Origin: Takakia lepidozioides
Lineage: Eukaryota; Plantae; Bryophyta
Direction of reading: 5' to 3'
Length of the DNA stretch: 64,000 bases
Assembly: GCA_030704615.1 (NCBI GenBank)
Contig: CM060732.1
Coordinates: 52,204,001-52,268,000 of the forward strand
Each line of letters starts with the position of its first letter. Position 1 is the stretch's first letter. The position numbers were made by a program, and so were the translations under genes. Positions 63,689-64,000 of this stretch are shown in pieces. Below the pieces are notes generated by a model, which did no database searches, was not told where the DNA came from, and saw only the letters and a program-made list of their open reading frames with translations.

Positions 63689-64000
63689 AATGATGTTTTC
63701 TTGGAAAGATGCTAGTGTCTTGCTTCATTCATTGATCTGTGTAGCTACTCAGACCATCCACCATTTCCTGATAGTGGGGTCTACCCGACATAGGTGGGAA
63801 GTCAGCCCACAATTGCACTTGACTGAAGGGGTGATTTTTGACTGATTATGGTGACATTGGATGGAAATCAGAGTGCTGTGCTAATTCTGGGTTTGGGTGG
63901 TGGAGCTTCTCCAAAGCTTGAAGATGGAAGTGAATATGAATTTTAATGAGATTGATGAGAGGGGTAGCCCTGTGCACAAGTTTGTTCAGCATCTTAAATT

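Overview
Eukaryotic nuclear DNA from a land plant, probably a non-seed plant such as a bryophyte. Evidence: GT-AG introns, a plastid-targeted TatC, a plant U6 gene with USE/TATA, PLS-DYW editing factors, an HSPA12-like fragment and an RTEX-like LINE. The species cannot be determined from the sequence. The first ~13 kb is a decayed nest of transposon fragments: Mutator-like/SWIM, a CACTA-type end, hAT, Harbinger and a ~1-kb array of palindromic repeats. Its highlight is a retrotransposon gag-protease polyprotein fused in frame to a complete DNMT3-like C5 cytosine methyltransferase domain (3479-6920, now pseudogenised). About 1 kb away lies a possible remnant of a beta-class N4/N6 amino-methyltransferase. 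The rest is gene-rich: cpTatC, two WAK-like kinases, a peroxisomal adenine nucleotide carrier head-to-head with Pol III subunit RPC5 (carrying an intronic LINE with a perfect 15-bp TSD), U6 snRNA, an intact PPR-DYW gene, a truncated HSPA12-like gene and a PPR-DYW pseudogene. Exon boundaries were read by eye and are approximate.
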